A stretch of 63,185 nt of DNA, the filler included, from Rhabdomonas costata (Eukaryota): NCBI GenBank assembly GCA_019059605.1. It is 46 parts of 46 records of this genome, joined end to end, with 100 filler letters (N's around TTAATTAATTAA, not from the genome) between each part and the next. Parts side by side here need not be neighbours in the genome. Positions count along the whole stretch, not along the records: positions 61,912 to 63,185 come from JAHMHO010021006.1; 45 more parts are not named here. One strand, given 5' to 3'. The position numbers were made by a program, and so were the translations under genes. Positions 63,185 to 63,185 of the stretch are shown here, one piece after another; position 1 is the stretch's first letter, and each line of letters opens with the position of its first letter. Below the pieces are notes generated by a model that saw only the letters and a program-made list of their open reading frames with translations, searched no databases and was not told where the DNA came from.

Positions 63185-63185
63185 A

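Overview
This window is not one locus. It is 46 unrelated contigs of about 1,275 bp, joined by artificial 100-nt spacers (44 N + TTAATTAATTAA + 44 N), so nothing can be inferred across spacers and most ORF-track entries are noise. Most contigs come from an intron-rich eukaryote with GC3-rich exons and GT-AG introns with relaxed donors. A euglenid is my best inference but is not proven. Splicing by hand gave fragments of a golgin, COG7, a GST, a SAMHD1-like dNTPase, tandem DJ-1/PfpI genes, Cys-rich surface proteins, an O-methyltransferase, a prenyltransferase alpha subunit, Cache-domain receptors, a soluble-type adenylyl cyclase, CCDC42, WSC, ACBP, a midasin-like AAA module, a Ulp1 protease, WWE, NUDIX and an ABCC transporter. 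Two contigs are foreign: a Pseudomonas-like NRPS fragment, probably a contaminant, and a very AT-rich contig with a decayed giant-virus-type CbxX/CfxQ AAA ATPase abutting host-like DNA. The latter is the best novelty candidate, a possible endogenous NCLDV relic. G/T-only contig ends, GGGTGTGTTTGG remnants and terminal fold-back repeats point to a whole-genome-amplified library. All family calls are from motif recall, with no database search.
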